Of a DNA stretch of 64,000 nt, positions 1 through 10,026 are shown piece after piece. This stretch comes from a virus, in IMG/VR virus record IMGVR_UViG_3300043465_002420; one strand, given 5' to 3'. The translations under genes and the position numbers were made by a program. The notes under the pieces are model-generated. The model did not search any database. It was not told where the DNA came from and saw only the letters and a list, made by a program, of their open reading frames with translations. Position 1 is the first letter of the stretch. Each line of letters opens with the position of its first letter.

Positions 1-385
1 CCCAATTTAAATTGCCACTTTTCAAAATATCATAACCATGAGACTTAGTCGCCCCAGATGTAGAGGCATTAAGTGCAACATGTCCTTCGCCACATCCAAA
101 ATCCAAAAAGCTTTTATCTCTTAAATCCTGACTTAAATAAGAAATAATACCTTCGGCCCTATCAATTTTATCTTGTTCGTTCTCTTCACATATTAAAAAA
201 TCAGGGGCAGCTTGAGGCCATTCTTCTGACATAAGAAGTGATTTCAAAACATCAAAATCAGATTTTTTTTCTATTTCCGAGATATTTTCTATTTTTTGAT
301 CATTAGAAATTAAAGCAAGTTTTTTAAGTTGTGTCAGAATATCTTCAAAATTCTGAATAATTTTATCTAAGCTCATGAAATCCAT
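1..385 (-). CDS. Class I SAM-dependent methyltransferase (partial, runs off window start)
   Basis: Manual translation from ATG at 385 (or 376): MSLDKIIQNFEDILTQ...EEWPQAAPDFLIC...KSFLDFGCGEGHVAL. Contains SAM motif I; frame open to position 1. Not in the ORF track. Confidence 0.8.
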   Translation of the reverse strand, partial: MDFMSLDKIIQNFEDILTQLKKLALISNDQKIENISEIEKKSDFDVLKSLLMSEEWPQAAPDFLICEENEQDKIDRAEGIISYLSQDLRDKSFLDFGCGEGHVALNASTSGATKSHGYDILKSGNLNW

Positions 386-450
386 CCTTTATAAAAGCCT
401 ACCTATTCTATAATAGAAATTATAAAACAAAATTTAAAAAAATTTCAACC

Positions 451-1197
451 TTAAAGTGATTGTAATTTTTGTTCTAGGCTTTTTTTCGAATGCATTTTAA
501 ATGTTGGATACATGTAGCTAAAAGAATTTTTAACATTATTGAAAAAATCATCATATTTAGCCTGAATTATAATATCGCCATCTACTTTAAGAGTTCCGGC
601 CAAATGAGACATTCCACTATCTATTCCAAAAAAACCAGAAGATTCCATTAGTTTTTTTGATAGATTGATCAAATCAGAAAAAAAACACTCACGGTCTTTT
701 ATATAAGTTTTTGTTTCTGTTCCACCTATGCATATTGATTTTTTCTTCTCAAATGCCCTAAAAGCATTTCTTACATCATTATTCGTAAAACTTTTTCTAG
801 CTTCTACTGATCTACACAAAAAATGAAAACATAAAAAGTCTTTTTTTTCTTTAACGCCATGAAATGTGTCAGGTAAGATAAATTTTTTCAATTTAATTTT
901 TTTAAGCGTACTAAGTCCAAAGCATATATTCAAATAAGAATAAGGAAGATAATTTTCAAAAGAAACAGTATTAAATTCAGGTTTCCAAGGATGGAAATAA
1001 TTACTCAAATAAATGTGACCATTATAATTAAATATTTTAAAAAGCTGAGAATAAATTTCAGGACTTTCTCCCAAAATTCCTATCTTTATGCCTTCTTGTA
1101 TAGCCAAATTATACAAAATATTAAAACTTGTAATTATATCACCAAGATGCATAAACCGCAAATATACTTTACCATCATTTCGTTTCAATTTTATCAT
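451..1197 (-). CDS. Glycosyltransferase family 9-like (heptosyltransferase-like)
   Basis: N-terminal HLGDII and C-terminal FFGIDSGMSHLAG resemble the GT9 motifs. Confidence 0.65.
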   Translation of the reverse strand: MIKLKRNDGKVYLRFMHLGDIITSFNILYNLAIQEGIKIGILGESPEIYSQLFKIFNYNGHIYLSNYFHPWKPEFNTVSFENYLPYSYLNICFGLSTLKKIKLKKFILPDTFHGVKEKKDFLCFHFLCRSVEARKSFTNNDVRNAFRAFEKKKSICIGGTETKTYIKDRECFFSDLINLSKKLMESSGFFGIDSGMSHLAGTLKVDGDIIIQAKYDDFFNNVKNSFSYMYPTFKMHSKKSLEQKLQSL

Positions 1198-1631
1198 GGC
1201 TGTGAATTAAAATTTATTTTTCTTAAAATATTTTTTTGCTTGTCTCTTTGTTTGAGATAGTAACTTATTCCCTTTTTTATTTGATTTTCCTTAGATTCTC
1301 TCACATCTCCAAAAATTGCATAATTCTCCATTTTTATAAGCTTGGCCATATTATCTTCCCCGCCAAACAAACTAAGCTCTCTAATTCTAATATCCACCTC
1401 TTCACTTGCTTTTTTTTGAATTTCTTCCTCAGTCATAACAACAAGATCGACATCAATAGGCAAAGAAACCTTTCTGATATTTTCCCACATCCATACAGGA
1501 ATAATGACCACATGATTAGTGTCATTTTTCAAAACCTCGACTTCTTCAAGTTGCAAATAGATATTATCAGCATCAAAGCACTGCTTGTATACTTTGTATC
1601 CTTCTCCAGAAGACAAATTTATCTTAGTCAT
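1194..1631 (-). CDS. Hypothetical protein
   Basis: 145-aa ORF with 4-nt overlap to the downstream gene. Confidence 0.6.
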   Translation of the reverse strand: MTKINLSSGEGYKVYKQCFDADNIYLQLEEVEVLKNDTNHVVIIPVWMWENIRKVSLPIDVDLVVMTEEEIQKKASEEVDIRIRELSLFGGEDNMAKLIKMENYAIFGDVRESKENQIKKGISYYLKQRDKQKNILRKINFNSQP

Positions 1632-1740
1632 GAAAATTCTCCTACAGACAAATTATAAGAGAAAATAATAACAATAAAAATATTTGTTTTTATTTTTATG
1701 GAATCTTAAAATTAAACAAATAACTTTTTGGTGAAATATA

Positions 1741-2331
1741 ATGCCATACAAAGATAAAGAAGATTATAAAAAGTATCAAAAAAAATATCATAAAGATTGG
1801 TATGATATGAACAAGGAAAATAGAAAAAAACAAATAAAAAAAAGAAAAGTTGAAATCTACAAAGAAGTGGCCAATTTTAAATCAACCAATAAATGCAAGA
1901 TATGCAAAGAATCAAATCCAGTCGCACTAGATTTTCATCACCTGTCTGATAAAAAATTTGGAATTCGTGCTGGTATCTCTTCTGGATATAACCTAAAAAA
2001 AATAGTGGATGAGATGTCCAAATGTATAGTTTTGTGTGCGAATTGTCACAGGAAAGAACATCACGACAAAAAGGAAAATAAAACCATAAACAATCGTGAA
2101 AAAATAAACAATTTCAAATCAATCAATAAATGCAAGATATGCAAAGAATCAAATCCAGTCGCACTAGATTTTCATCACCTGTCTGATAAAAAATTTGAAA
2201 TAAGCAAAGTATCAAGCTCCAGATGTAGTCTTGAACATATAATGAATGAAATATCAAAATGTATATTGCTATGTGCGAATTGTCATAGAAAAGAACATTA
2301 TGGCGAAAAATCAGAATCATCCCACTCGTAA
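1741..2331 (+). CDS. HNH endonuclease with two tandem HNH/Zn domains
   Basis: Two copies of CKICKE..LDFHH...C(I/V)(V/L)LCANCHRKEH; lone plus-strand gene among minus-strand neighbours. Confidence 0.85.
   Translation: MPYKDKEDYKKYQKKYHKDWYDMNKENRKKQIKKRKVEIYKEVANFKSTNKCKICKESNPVALDFHHLSDKKFGIRAGISSGYNLKKIVDEMSKCIVLCANCHRKEHHDKKENKTINNREKINNFKSINKCKICKESNPVALDFHHLSDKKFEISKVSSSRCSLEHIMNEISKCILLCANCHRKEHYGEKSESSHS
1887..2197 (+). repeat. 74-bp perfect direct repeat (1887-1960 and 2124-2197)
   Basis: caataaatgcaagatatgc...gataaaaaatttg is identical twice, 237 nt (79 codons) apart. Confidence 0.9.
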
Positions 2332-2651
2332 GGAATAATCTTCCATGTGTCTAGAATTGTATAATCTGCTTTTAAATCCATTTCTGGATGCAACTGCCAA
2401 CTAGTAATTCTAACACCTTGAACAGTAATTTTATGATCTTCCATCATCATGCACAAATTGAGTTCTATTCCCTGTTCATGCCAACCATCCATTTCTCGAT
2501 CAGATGGCTCAATTTGAATAATTAAATGTCCTGTAATATCTTCTAATTGGTAACTACTAGGCAAAGGAAATTGCCCTGCATTCGATGGATAATCACCAGG
2601 GTCTTCCCAAATGTCTATTTCTAAAGATAAAGTATTTTCAAGAATTTTCAT
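2298..2651 (-). CDS. Hypothetical protein
   Basis: 117-aa acidic ORF; no recognised motif. Confidence 0.6.
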   Translation of the reverse strand: MKILENTLSLEIDIWEDPGDYPSNAGQFPLPSSYQLEDITGHLIIQIEPSDREMDGWHEQGIELNLCMMMEDHKITVQGVRITSWQLHPEMDLKADYTILDTWKIIPYEWDDSDFSP

Positions 2652-2691
2652 ACGATTCCCATCAATGTAAAATTACATAAATATATTTTTG

Positions 2692-2728
2692 ATAAGAATC
2701 ACAAATCAAGATGACTTGTGATTCTTAT
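2692..2728. other. Intergenic inverted repeat (13-bp perfect stem)
   Basis: ataagaatcacaa (2692-2704) and ttgtgattcttat (2716-2728); no U-tract follows on the minus strand. Confidence 0.6.
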
Positions 2729-2739
2729 TCGTTCAAAAA

Positions 2740-3633
2740 TTAATCTGCGTTTGTACCAAGAATATCAGCAGCAGCAGCAATTTTTCGATTGCTTTGTTCG
2801 ACTGGATTATCGCCAACCGCAAACTTTGGATATGCGGGATAAGATACTGGTCTGATTAAATTAAAGATTGCGATCAATTGATCCACACTCTTTGCGTATG
2901 CACAGACCCTTTCCAAAAATCCATCCCTAACAGTGACACCAGAATCACGATGAATAAGAGCGATCTTTTCATCATCGGTAAGACCTTCAATCGTTGTCTT
3001 TCCAGATGCCGTTAAAAATATAGCTAGCTTTTTACCAGCAGATTTTTCAATCTCAGTCGCTGGCACAAATTCCCTACCACTTCCATAATGACCAGTCAAT
3101 AGATCAGTAATAGGGCGAACACCAATTACTGGATTTAAAATTAATTCGTTATTTACCAAAGATTCGGCATCATGCGGATGTAGGCCAGAATCAGTAAATG
3201 CCGAAATATAAACACTTTTTGCATCAAGTCCCTCAGCAACTTCTGGGAGCTTTACCTTAAATTTATCGGTAAACAACCAACTTGCGGTATGGTCAACAGT
3301 GTTATTTTTTTCAGTTTGTAGTTGGGGATTAGAAGGTCTTGATCTAGATTCAAAATATTTTATACAAAATTCTTGTAGACATATTTCATTCAAAATGTCT
3401 TTTGAATTTTCTAATCGCTGCATAACTGGTTCAGCTACAATTTTTGCAGAAATCCAACGAGTAAACACCTCTTGTGCTTCTTCGTCTAGGGATATTTTCC
3501 ACTTAGAAGCCTTGCCCTTTACTGTTGGGGTGATTGGAGGGAGAGATGCAACTAAAGATTCTAAAACACTTGCTACAGATTCTGTAGTAGAAGATTTGGA
3601 TACAGACACAGACTTTGTGGCTTTTTTAGCCAT
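2740..3633 (-). CDS. Hypothetical protein with K/S-rich N-terminus
   Basis: 297-aa ORF, AGG-type RBS upstream. Confidence 0.7.
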   Translation of the reverse strand: MAKKATKSVSVSKSSTTESVASVLESLVASLPPITPTVKGKASKWKISLDEEAQEVFTRWISAKIVAEPVMQRLENSKDILNEICLQEFCIKYFESRSRPSNPQLQTEKNNTVDHTASWLFTDKFKVKLPEVAEGLDAKSVYISAFTDSGLHPHDAESLVNNELILNPVIGVRPITDLLTGHYGSGREFVPATEIEKSAGKKLAIFLTASGKTTIEGLTDDEKIALIHRDSGVTVRDGFLERVCAYAKSVDQLIAIFNLIRPVSYPAYPKFAVGDNPVEQSNRKIAAAADILGTNAD

Positions 3634-3738
3634 GATACATTACCTCATATTATAACCATTTGTTGCTCTGGCCCATTGCCATCGCTAAGGTCACTATATG
3701 GAAATAAATTTAAAAGTAAGGTGGGGAAAATATATTTT

Positions 3739-4599
3739 TCAAAAATTATTCGCAGAAATAAGAAGTGTTTGGTCTGCCATTAATATCCAAGACTGCAAAA
3801 AATAAGCATTTGGCAAACTTTTTTGTTCCATTTCTCGGAGTAAAACTTTTGCATCCTCGTTTATTTTATTTAACTTTTCATGATTGTTATTCAATTGAAC
3901 AAGGATTTTAATGTTATCTACCAAATCATAATATTGAAGAATTAAAGATTCGTACATTTTTTTAGGTTCTAAGTAGAAATATTTCAAAATATTTTCGACA
4001 CAATCATTTGAATGTAGCTGTCCATTTGAATGGTGTAACCATCCAGCGCACATTAAATCTACTTTTTCATTTGGTTTTAAATTTATATCATATGCAGCCT
4101 CCTGTGTCATGGAGTACAAATGATTTTTTAATGGGATGTTTCCAAAAAACACATCATCTTTATGTAATTCTAAAGACTCATACTTTGATTTTCTAATATC
4201 TTGATTTATAAAATATTCCTGAACAAAAACCTTACATTTTCTACAAATGCCATCGCCAACCAAATCATTTTGACTTTCATTGTAAAAATCATGATTACAA
4301 GATTTTATTTTTTGAAAATTATCATATGCATCATCCTCAGCAATTTCAATTTTCTTACCTCTTCCTGTAATCCATATTCTTGGCCTTTGCCATTTTTCAA
4401 GTATAAATATGTTTGGTAAATTTATACTTTCTGGGATTTGTATATTGGCAGCAAATAAATACTTGTCTTTTTTATCTTTTTTTGAATAAAGATTTTTATA
4501 CTTCAAATAATTTATTTCAGATTCTTTTATCTTAACAATCGCATCTTCGCCCCAATCTTTGGAGCTTGAATATTCAATTTCTGTTTTATTAGAGTACAT
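3739..4599 (-). CDS. Hypothetical protein
   Basis: 286-aa ORF overlapping the sigma gene end. Confidence 0.65.
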   Translation of the reverse strand: MYSNKTEIEYSSSKDWGEDAIVKIKESEINYLKYKNLYSKKDKKDKYLFAANIQIPESINLPNIFILEKWQRPRIWITGRGKKIEIAEDDAYDNFQKIKSCNHDFYNESQNDLVGDGICRKCKVFVQEYFINQDIRKSKYESLELHKDDVFFGNIPLKNHLYSMTQEAAYDINLKPNEKVDLMCAGWLHHSNGQLHSNDCVENILKYFYLEPKKMYESLILQYYDLVDNIKILVQLNNNHEKLNKINEDAKVLLREMEQKSLPNAYFLQSWILMADQTLLISANNF

Positions 4600-5512
4600 T
4601 TTTACAATCCGTGTTCCTTACAGTTTCACGCATAGAAATCAAAAATTTCTCTTTTAACTGCCTTACTCTTTCCTTCGTTATTTCCAATAAACCGCTTATT
4701 TCTTCAAGATTTTTTCTTTCTTTTCCATTAATTCCAAAATAATGCTCAATGATTAAAATCTGCCTATTGATATCTCTTGTATTAAGTCTTTTTTTTGCAG
4801 TTTCAATAACACGATTGATAAATATTGCATTTTCTTTTTGATGCACTTCTGATGTAAGGAATATTTCTGCCGAATTTTGAATTTCTGTTTGATTATCGTC
4901 AATACTATAAAATTCATTTTTTTTATTTTTTTTAAGATTAATCATTCTGAAGAAGTTTTTACGGAGAACCCAAACACAATATGTACTAAACTTATTTCCA
5001 AGAGTGTAATTGAAATAATCAACAGATTTTATCACATCCATATAAGCATCTGACAAATAGTTATCCAGATTGCGTTTTTCTCTATAACTTTTAAAATCGT
5101 TTTTCAAAATGTGTGTTGCCAAACGAAAATTAGAACTTGCTATCTTGTTACGCAAATCATATATTTTAATTTGGAGATTTTCTATTTTTTCTATTTTTGT
5201 TTTGATTGATTTTTTGCAATTCAATTTTTCAATTAAATTTTTAGCTTTGAATTTGAGAAAATTAAGTTGTTTAAAAAGATGATATTCTTGTTCCCTCGTT
5301 AGAAGAGGCTCTTCGTAACAAGGTCTCATTTCTGGTTGTTTGTTTGTATTTCTAAGATTTAAAACTTTCTTTGATTCCAAATCGAATTTATGTTTGTCTG
5401 GTATATCGCCTAATATTTTTTTACTTGTAATCTTTTTATCAAAATCAACATGATGAAAATACTTTAAGTTTGTCTTTAATATAGATTCTTTCCTTTCTTC
5501 AATCGCTTGCAT
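4589..5512 (-). CDS. RNA polymerase sigma-70 family factor
   Basis: Region 1.2 PLLTREQEYHLF, region 2.3/2.4 KFSTYCVWVLR, region 4 HTH LEEISGLLEITKERVRQL. Confidence 0.9.
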   Translation of the reverse strand: MQAIEERKESILKTNLKYFHHVDFDKKITSKKILGDIPDKHKFDLESKKVLNLRNTNKQPEMRPCYEEPLLTREQEYHLFKQLNFLKFKAKNLIEKLNCKKSIKTKIEKIENLQIKIYDLRNKIASSNFRLATHILKNDFKSYREKRNLDNYLSDAYMDVIKSVDYFNYTLGNKFSTYCVWVLRKNFFRMINLKKNKKNEFYSIDDNQTEIQNSAEIFLTSEVHQKENAIFINRVIETAKKRLNTRDINRQILIIEHYFGINGKERKNLEEISGLLEITKERVRQLKEKFLISMRETVRNTDCKNVL

Positions 5513-5548
5513 TTTTAGACCTCTAAATTATAAAAATAAACATGATTT

Positions 5549-5577
5549 ATTTTAATTTATAAATTTTAATATTGCAA
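5549..5577 (-). promoter_or_regulatory. Sigma-70-type promoter candidate upstream of the sigma gene
   Basis: Minus strand TTGCAA-17 nt-TAAAAT. Confidence 0.45.
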
Positions 5578-5587
5578 GATAAATCTA

Positions 5588-5917
5588 TTACAAATCTTCC
5601 ATTTCCTTTTTTATTTTATTTCGTACAAGATCGGCAGATGATTCTAGTATACTTATAGATAAAGCTGGCGGTATATTAAAGCAATCTACTAATATTCCAT
5701 TAGTAGATGTTTTTATTATAATTAAAGGTGTTTCACGATTTTTAATTTCTTCAAAAAACTGATCCATAGTCGCCAATTCTAAATACTCTTGCAATGTTTT
5801 TTGCTGATAGTTTCTAAGTTTTCTATTTTCTGTCATTAGAATTGAAAGTAACAAATATCCAATCGATAAACCAAATATGAATAATGCTATAAGAATTGTT
5901 AGTAAAATTTCCATCAA
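5588..5917 (-). CDS. Hypothetical membrane-anchored protein
   Basis: N-terminal hydrophobic helix; abuts the upstream gene. Confidence 0.6.
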   Translation of the reverse strand: MMEILLTILIALFIFGLSIGYLLLSILMTENRKLRNYQQKTLQEYLELATMDQFFEEIKNRETPLIIIKTSTNGILVDCFNIPPALSISILESSADLVRNKIKKEMEDL

Positions 5918-6337
5918 TCACCTTATGGGCCAAAAAAATCCAGCTTCTTTGCACCCGCTTACATCTTTTTGATAAAAATAAGCTTCGGCAGTCTTCCTGT
6001 ATAATTTAGTAAGAGTTTCATTAAAAAGTGGCAAATTTACAATTGTGATTTCATCCAATAGAATTTCACGCCTTTGAAAAACATTGTATTCCACCCCTTC
6101 AATATCATCTAAAACACGCAAACATTCTGTATCTACTTCGTATAATTCCCCATATATTTTTTTACCAGCGAATTTATCTTTCGACTCGACCAAACATGGA
6201 TACGAAATTGTTTTAAACATAAAATATTGCCCGATTGTTTTAGCAATTCCTATGTATCTTTGTTCTTCCAAAATATAATGCCTTGAATGGCCATTTTTTA
6301 AGGTTCCATAAACAAAAATCAAATGATAATCTTCCAT
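5918..6337 (-). CDS. Gamma-glutamylcyclotransferase (AIG2-like)
   Basis: IFVYGTLKNGHSRH, IYGELYEV and LDDIEG motifs. Confidence 0.9.
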   Translation of the reverse strand: MEDYHLIFVYGTLKNGHSRHYILEEQRYIGIAKTIGQYFMFKTISYPCLVESKDKFAGKKIYGELYEVDTECLRVLDDIEGVEYNVFQRREILLDEITIVNLPLFNETLTKLYRKTAEAYFYQKDVSGCKEAGFFWPIR

Positions 6338-6343
6338 AATTTG

Positions 6344-6850
6344 CTACCTTTCAATGAGACTTACTTTATGTTCATAAAAAGATAAACAAAAATTACAAAT
6401 TAACTCATGATTATAATTTTTGTTTTCTATAAAATCATGAACGAGCCATTTGGCGTATATTCTACGAACCTGCTCCCAAAACATTTGAGGTGCAAATATA
6501 AAACCAACATCATAAACAAGCCTTTCTTGAAAATATTCATAGAAATAAACTTGTTTTAAAATGTTTACTATTGGAAAAACCAATAATTTTTTATCTTCTT
6601 GAAAAACCTCATTGACAATAATCCTATCTTTAAAGTCAATATTTTTTATATCTTTATACGAATCTGTTAATATCACAGGATCTTTTGTAAAACTTAGTGT
6701 CTTGTAAATGTCATCCACTATTGTTGGTATTCCTTCGATTTCTGAAATCAAAGGTTCAACACCAAGAATGGCAATCTCATGACCTTCATCCTTGTATTGA
6801 TTCATCCAATCATAAGACTTATTTTTTATATAAATACTATATATTTTCAT
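6344..6850 (-). CDS. Hypothetical protein
   Basis: 168-aa ORF within the operon; no confident motif. Confidence 0.6.
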   Translation of the reverse strand: MKIYSIYIKNKSYDWMNQYKDEGHEIAILGVEPLISEIEGIPTIVDDIYKTLSFTKDPVILTDSYKDIKNIDFKDRIIVNEVFQEDKKLLVFPIVNILKQVYFYEYFQERLVYDVGFIFAPQMFWEQVRRIYAKWLVHDFIENKNYNHELICNFCLSFYEHKVSLIER

Positions 6851-6880
6851 ATTTTTGTACCACTTGTTCTGTTGTGTTTT

Positions 6881-8134
6881 TCAAACCTTTTTAATTAACA
6901 TTTCATCAATTGTAATTGAATTAGAGTCATTGTCGGAAGCGTTGAACATTATGTCGCTCATGAAATTTTCCACAACCGACCTTAAAGCTCTTGCCCCTGT
7001 TCCCTTTTTAAAAGCCACATTTGCAATTTCTTTTATTGCTCCATCGGTAAATTTCAAATCAATATCATCATAAAAAAATAATTTTTGATATTGTTTTAAA
7101 ATTGAATTTTTAGGTTCAGTCAAAATTGAAATTAAATGGCTTTCAGTCATATGATCCAAAGCAACTTGTATTGGCAATCTTCCTACGAATTCAGGAATCA
7201 TTCCATATTGTATAAAATCTTCATCAGTGACGCTTTTAAGAATTTCATGATCTGAATTTTCAACACCTGTTGAATTTACAAATCCAATTTTACTTTTTCC
7301 AATTCTTCTTCTGATTGTATCTTCAATACCAACAAAAGTTCCGCCACATATAAAAAGTATGTTTGATGTATCGACTTGTATAAAATGTTGCTCTGGATGC
7401 TTTCTTCCTCCTTGGGGCGGAACATTACAAACTGTTCCCTCTATTATTTTAAGAAGTGATTGCTGAACTCCTTCTCCACTCACATCTCTTGTTATCGACA
7501 TATTCTTTGATGTTTTGGCTATTTTGTCTATCTCATCGATGTAAATAATTCCCATTTGTGCCTTATCAACATCATAATTTGTTTCACGAAGAAGTTTAAC
7601 TATAAGATTTTCAACATCTTCTCCAACATATCCAGCTTGGGTAAGGACTGTGGCATCTCCGATAGCAAATGGAACTCCAAGAAATTTGGCCAAGGTTTTT
7701 GCGAGTAATGTTTTTCCACAACCTGTCGGCCCTAAAAATAAGATGTTGGATTTTTCTATCGTTACATCTTGAAGTTTTTTTGGAATTTTCGATTGATTGG
7801 TCTTATCGTTTATGCGTTTATAATGGTTACAAACAGCAATTGCCAACAGTTTTTTTGCTCGATCTTGACCTATAACATGTTGATCTAAAAATTCGACAAC
7901 CTTTTTAGGACTAATCTTTTCAGAAAATTGAATTTCTTTTTTTAATTTTGATGACTTTTTAAAATCATCGGGGTTTGCAGTGGACAAAGATACATGCATT
8001 AAATTTATACAATTCGAACAAATGTAAGCCCTATCACCTTTTTTTCTTCCATTTCTCGGCCTTGCCAATGATGCACCCTCAATAATAACAGCATCATTCT
8101 TTTCGCAAAACTCACAATAAAAAACTTTAGACAT
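6881..8134 (-). CDS. clpX: ATP-dependent Clp protease ATP-binding subunit ClpX
   Basis: N-terminal C4 zinc finger, Walker [17 protein letters not shown], Walker [21 protein letters not shown]. Confidence 0.97.
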   Translation of the reverse strand: MSKVFYCEFCEKNDAVIIEGASLARPRNGRKKGDRAYICSNCINLMHVSLSTANPDDFKKSSKLKKEIQFSEKISPKKVVEFLDQHVIGQDRAKKLLAIAVCNHYKRINDKTNQSKIPKKLQDVTIEKSNILFLGPTGCGKTLLAKTLAKFLGVPFAIGDATVLTQAGYVGEDVENLIVKLLRETNYDVDKAQMGIIYIDEIDKIAKTSKNMSITRDVSGEGVQQSLLKIIEGTVCNVPPQGGRKHPEQHFIQVDTSNILFICGGTFVGIEDTIRRRIGKSKIGFVNSTGVENSDHEILKSVTDEDFIQYGMIPEFVGRLPIQVALDHMTESHLISILTEPKNSILKQYQKLFFYDDIDLKFTDGAIKEIANVAFKKGTGARALRSVVENFMSDIMFNASDNDSNSITIDEMLIKKV

Positions 8135-8162
8135 TCAACAATCCTCCGTGAAATAAAAAAAT

Positions 8163-8191
8163 ATTATACCATGAACCTTAACATCAAGCAA
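8163..8191 (-). promoter_or_regulatory. Sigma-70-type promoter candidate upstream of clpX
   Basis: Minus strand TTGCTT-17 nt-TATAAT, with TGG just before the -10. Confidence 0.6.
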
Positions 8192-8194
8192 TAT

Positions 8195-8953
8195 TTAAGA
8201 TTTTAAAAATCTATGAGACCATCTTTTTTTTATAATTTCATGATTATGAGTAAAGCTAGACTCACAATCAATAGTTTTCATGACTTCTTTAATCGTTTTA
8301 TTTTCATGATGTGTTACCAATCCAAGATGTAAAGCGTAAATTCTTTCCTTGAATTCTGTCAGTCTTAAAGAAAAATCACTGTCTTCACAATAGGCAAACT
8401 GTAAATGTTCTTCGTCAAACAAACCATATTTTTCATAAATAAATCTAGGAATACAAAAGCACCAACCACAAATGTAATCAATATCGCTGCCAAAATTAAA
8501 AATTGTTCCTTTACCAGATTCGTTTATTTTTCCACCAAGATATCCAACTTGTGCATAGCCATATTGTTGAATTTGACCAATCATTGCCTTATCCCAGTTT
8601 GGCAACACTTCGGTATCAGAATTCAATAAAATTGCATATGGATTTTTAGAAATTTTCATCAATTCATTGTTTGGCTTGATGAAACCAATATTTTGATCAT
8701 GATGAGAACAAATTATGTCTTTTTGACTTTCTATCCAACTTTTTGTTTCTTGATCTGAATTATTATTCCAAATATAAATTTGATAATTTTTTGTATTTTT
8801 TCTAATTGATTCGACACATTTTTTAAGATAAAAAAGCTGATTGTGGACAATTATCAAAATGTCTTTGGAAACATATTGGTAATTTGACATGCAATCCAAC
8901 TCTGCTAGAATCTTTTGACTGTATCTTTCGATTCTAAATATGACATCATTCAT
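8195..8953 (-). CDS. Glycosyltransferase family 2
   Basis: ILIIVHNQ, NIGFIKPNN, LLNSDTEV (DxD region), ICGWCF, AYCEDSDFSLR. Confidence 0.9.
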   Translation of the reverse strand: MNDVIFRIERYSQKILAELDCMSNYQYVSKDILIIVHNQLFYLKKCVESIRKNTKNYQIYIWNNNSDQETKSWIESQKDIICSHHDQNIGFIKPNNELMKISKNPYAILLNSDTEVLPNWDKAMIGQIQQYGYAQVGYLGGKINESGKGTIFNFGSDIDYICGWCFCIPRFIYEKYGLFDEEHLQFAYCEDSDFSLRLTEFKERIYALHLGLVTHHENKTIKEVMKTIDCESSFTHNHEIIKKRWSHRFLKS

Positions 8954-8967
8954 ACACCAATTATAAA

Positions 8968-8997
8968 AAAAAAGCGTAGAAAAATCTACGCTTTTTT
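8968..8997. terminator. Rho-independent terminator (bidirectional type)
   Basis: aaaaaagcgtaga-aaaa-tctacgctttttt. Confidence 0.85.
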
Positions 8998-9013
8998 AAA
9001 ATTAATATGTGAA

Positions 9014-9337
9014 TTAATTTTTCAATTCTTTTAACAAATTGATAAATTCAAGCAGTTTATCAATTCCGCCAACCTTTTGGGCAAAACTTCGAAGCTCAAT
9101 CAAAATCGAACCATAATTTTGCAAATCAATTGAATTGTTTTCTTCCTGATTTAATTTTCCAATCTCTTTGGAGCGTATAGCATAAATATTAACTTTTTTT
9201 ATGTCAATATTTAAATCCTTAAGCCTTTGTATCATTGTGTCCTTCCAATCTTTTGGTGGATTTTCTGATACGGCTCCAATTTCTTGCAATATTTGCCTAA
9301 CGATTTTGCTTTTATTTCCGACAGTGTCTTTTTGCAT
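9014..9337 (-). CDS. Hypothetical protein, possible DNA-binding
   Basis: Start moved to ATG 9337 (AGGTG RBS); NKSKIVRQIL...FAQKVGGIDK pattern. Confidence 0.55.
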   Translation of the reverse strand: MQKDTVGNKSKIVRQILQEIGAVSENPPKDWKDTMIQRLKDLNIDIKKVNIYAIRSKEIGKLNQEENNSIDLQNYGSILIELRSFAQKVGGIDKLLEFINLLKELKN

Positions 9338-9344
9338 GTTACAC

Positions 9345-9836
9345 CTATACTGCAAAATACAAGATTTCGCCATTATCTCTTTTTTGCTTAAGGTCTTTTG
9401 CCTTAACCAATTTGTTTACTGCTTGATAAACATTATTGGCAAAGTTTTTAGCATCGCTCTTGTAGCCAAGTTTTTGAGCTACACCAGCTACTTCTTTCAA
9501 AGATATTGGCTCCTTTGATTCATGTATAATTTTACATACTAAAGAACCCAAAGACATAGGCTTGTCATTTTTTGCGACAATTTCTTTTTTTGCCTTATTG
9601 TGCTTAGGAGCAAGTGAATTATCTTCTTGATTGCAAGATTCCAAAACTTGCGATGTCGAAATCGATAAAACTGCCGTTGTTGAAGATCCATTTGAAAGAG
9701 ATGCCAATCTACTTTCAAAAACTGTAACTTCTTCAAGCTTGGAAATAAGACCATCAATAAATTCTCGCTGTTGTTTGAGAGCAGCGATTCTCTCCAGTGT
9801 GTTAACTGACATCATGAACTCCATAAACAAAGTCAT
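9345..9836 (-). CDS. Hypothetical protein, coiled coil plus possible winged helix
   Basis: N-terminal coiled coil; C-terminal ISLKEVA..VYQAVNKLVK. True start probably 9812/9815 (GGAG RBS). Confidence 0.55.
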   Translation of the reverse strand: MTLFMEFMMSVNTLERIAALKQQREFIDGLISKLEEVTVFESRLASLSNGSSTTAVLSISTSQVLESCNQEDNSLAPKHNKAKKEIVAKNDKPMSLGSLVCKIIHESKEPISLKEVAGVAQKLGYKSDAKNFANNVYQAVNKLVKAKDLKQKRDNGEILYFAV

Positions 9837-10026
9837 TTTTGTAATTGATCTTAAAGCAATGACTAAATCTTTACGATCATTTGTCTACAATTTAACTTAC
9901 TGAAATGTTTTATCATCGTAAAGAGATTTAATAAAAATTATTTATACGATTAAAAAATAGTCATACAAGCTCTTTTATCAATAAGCTGTAAATCGTAATT
10001 AACATTCGTAATAAAAGGAATTAAAC

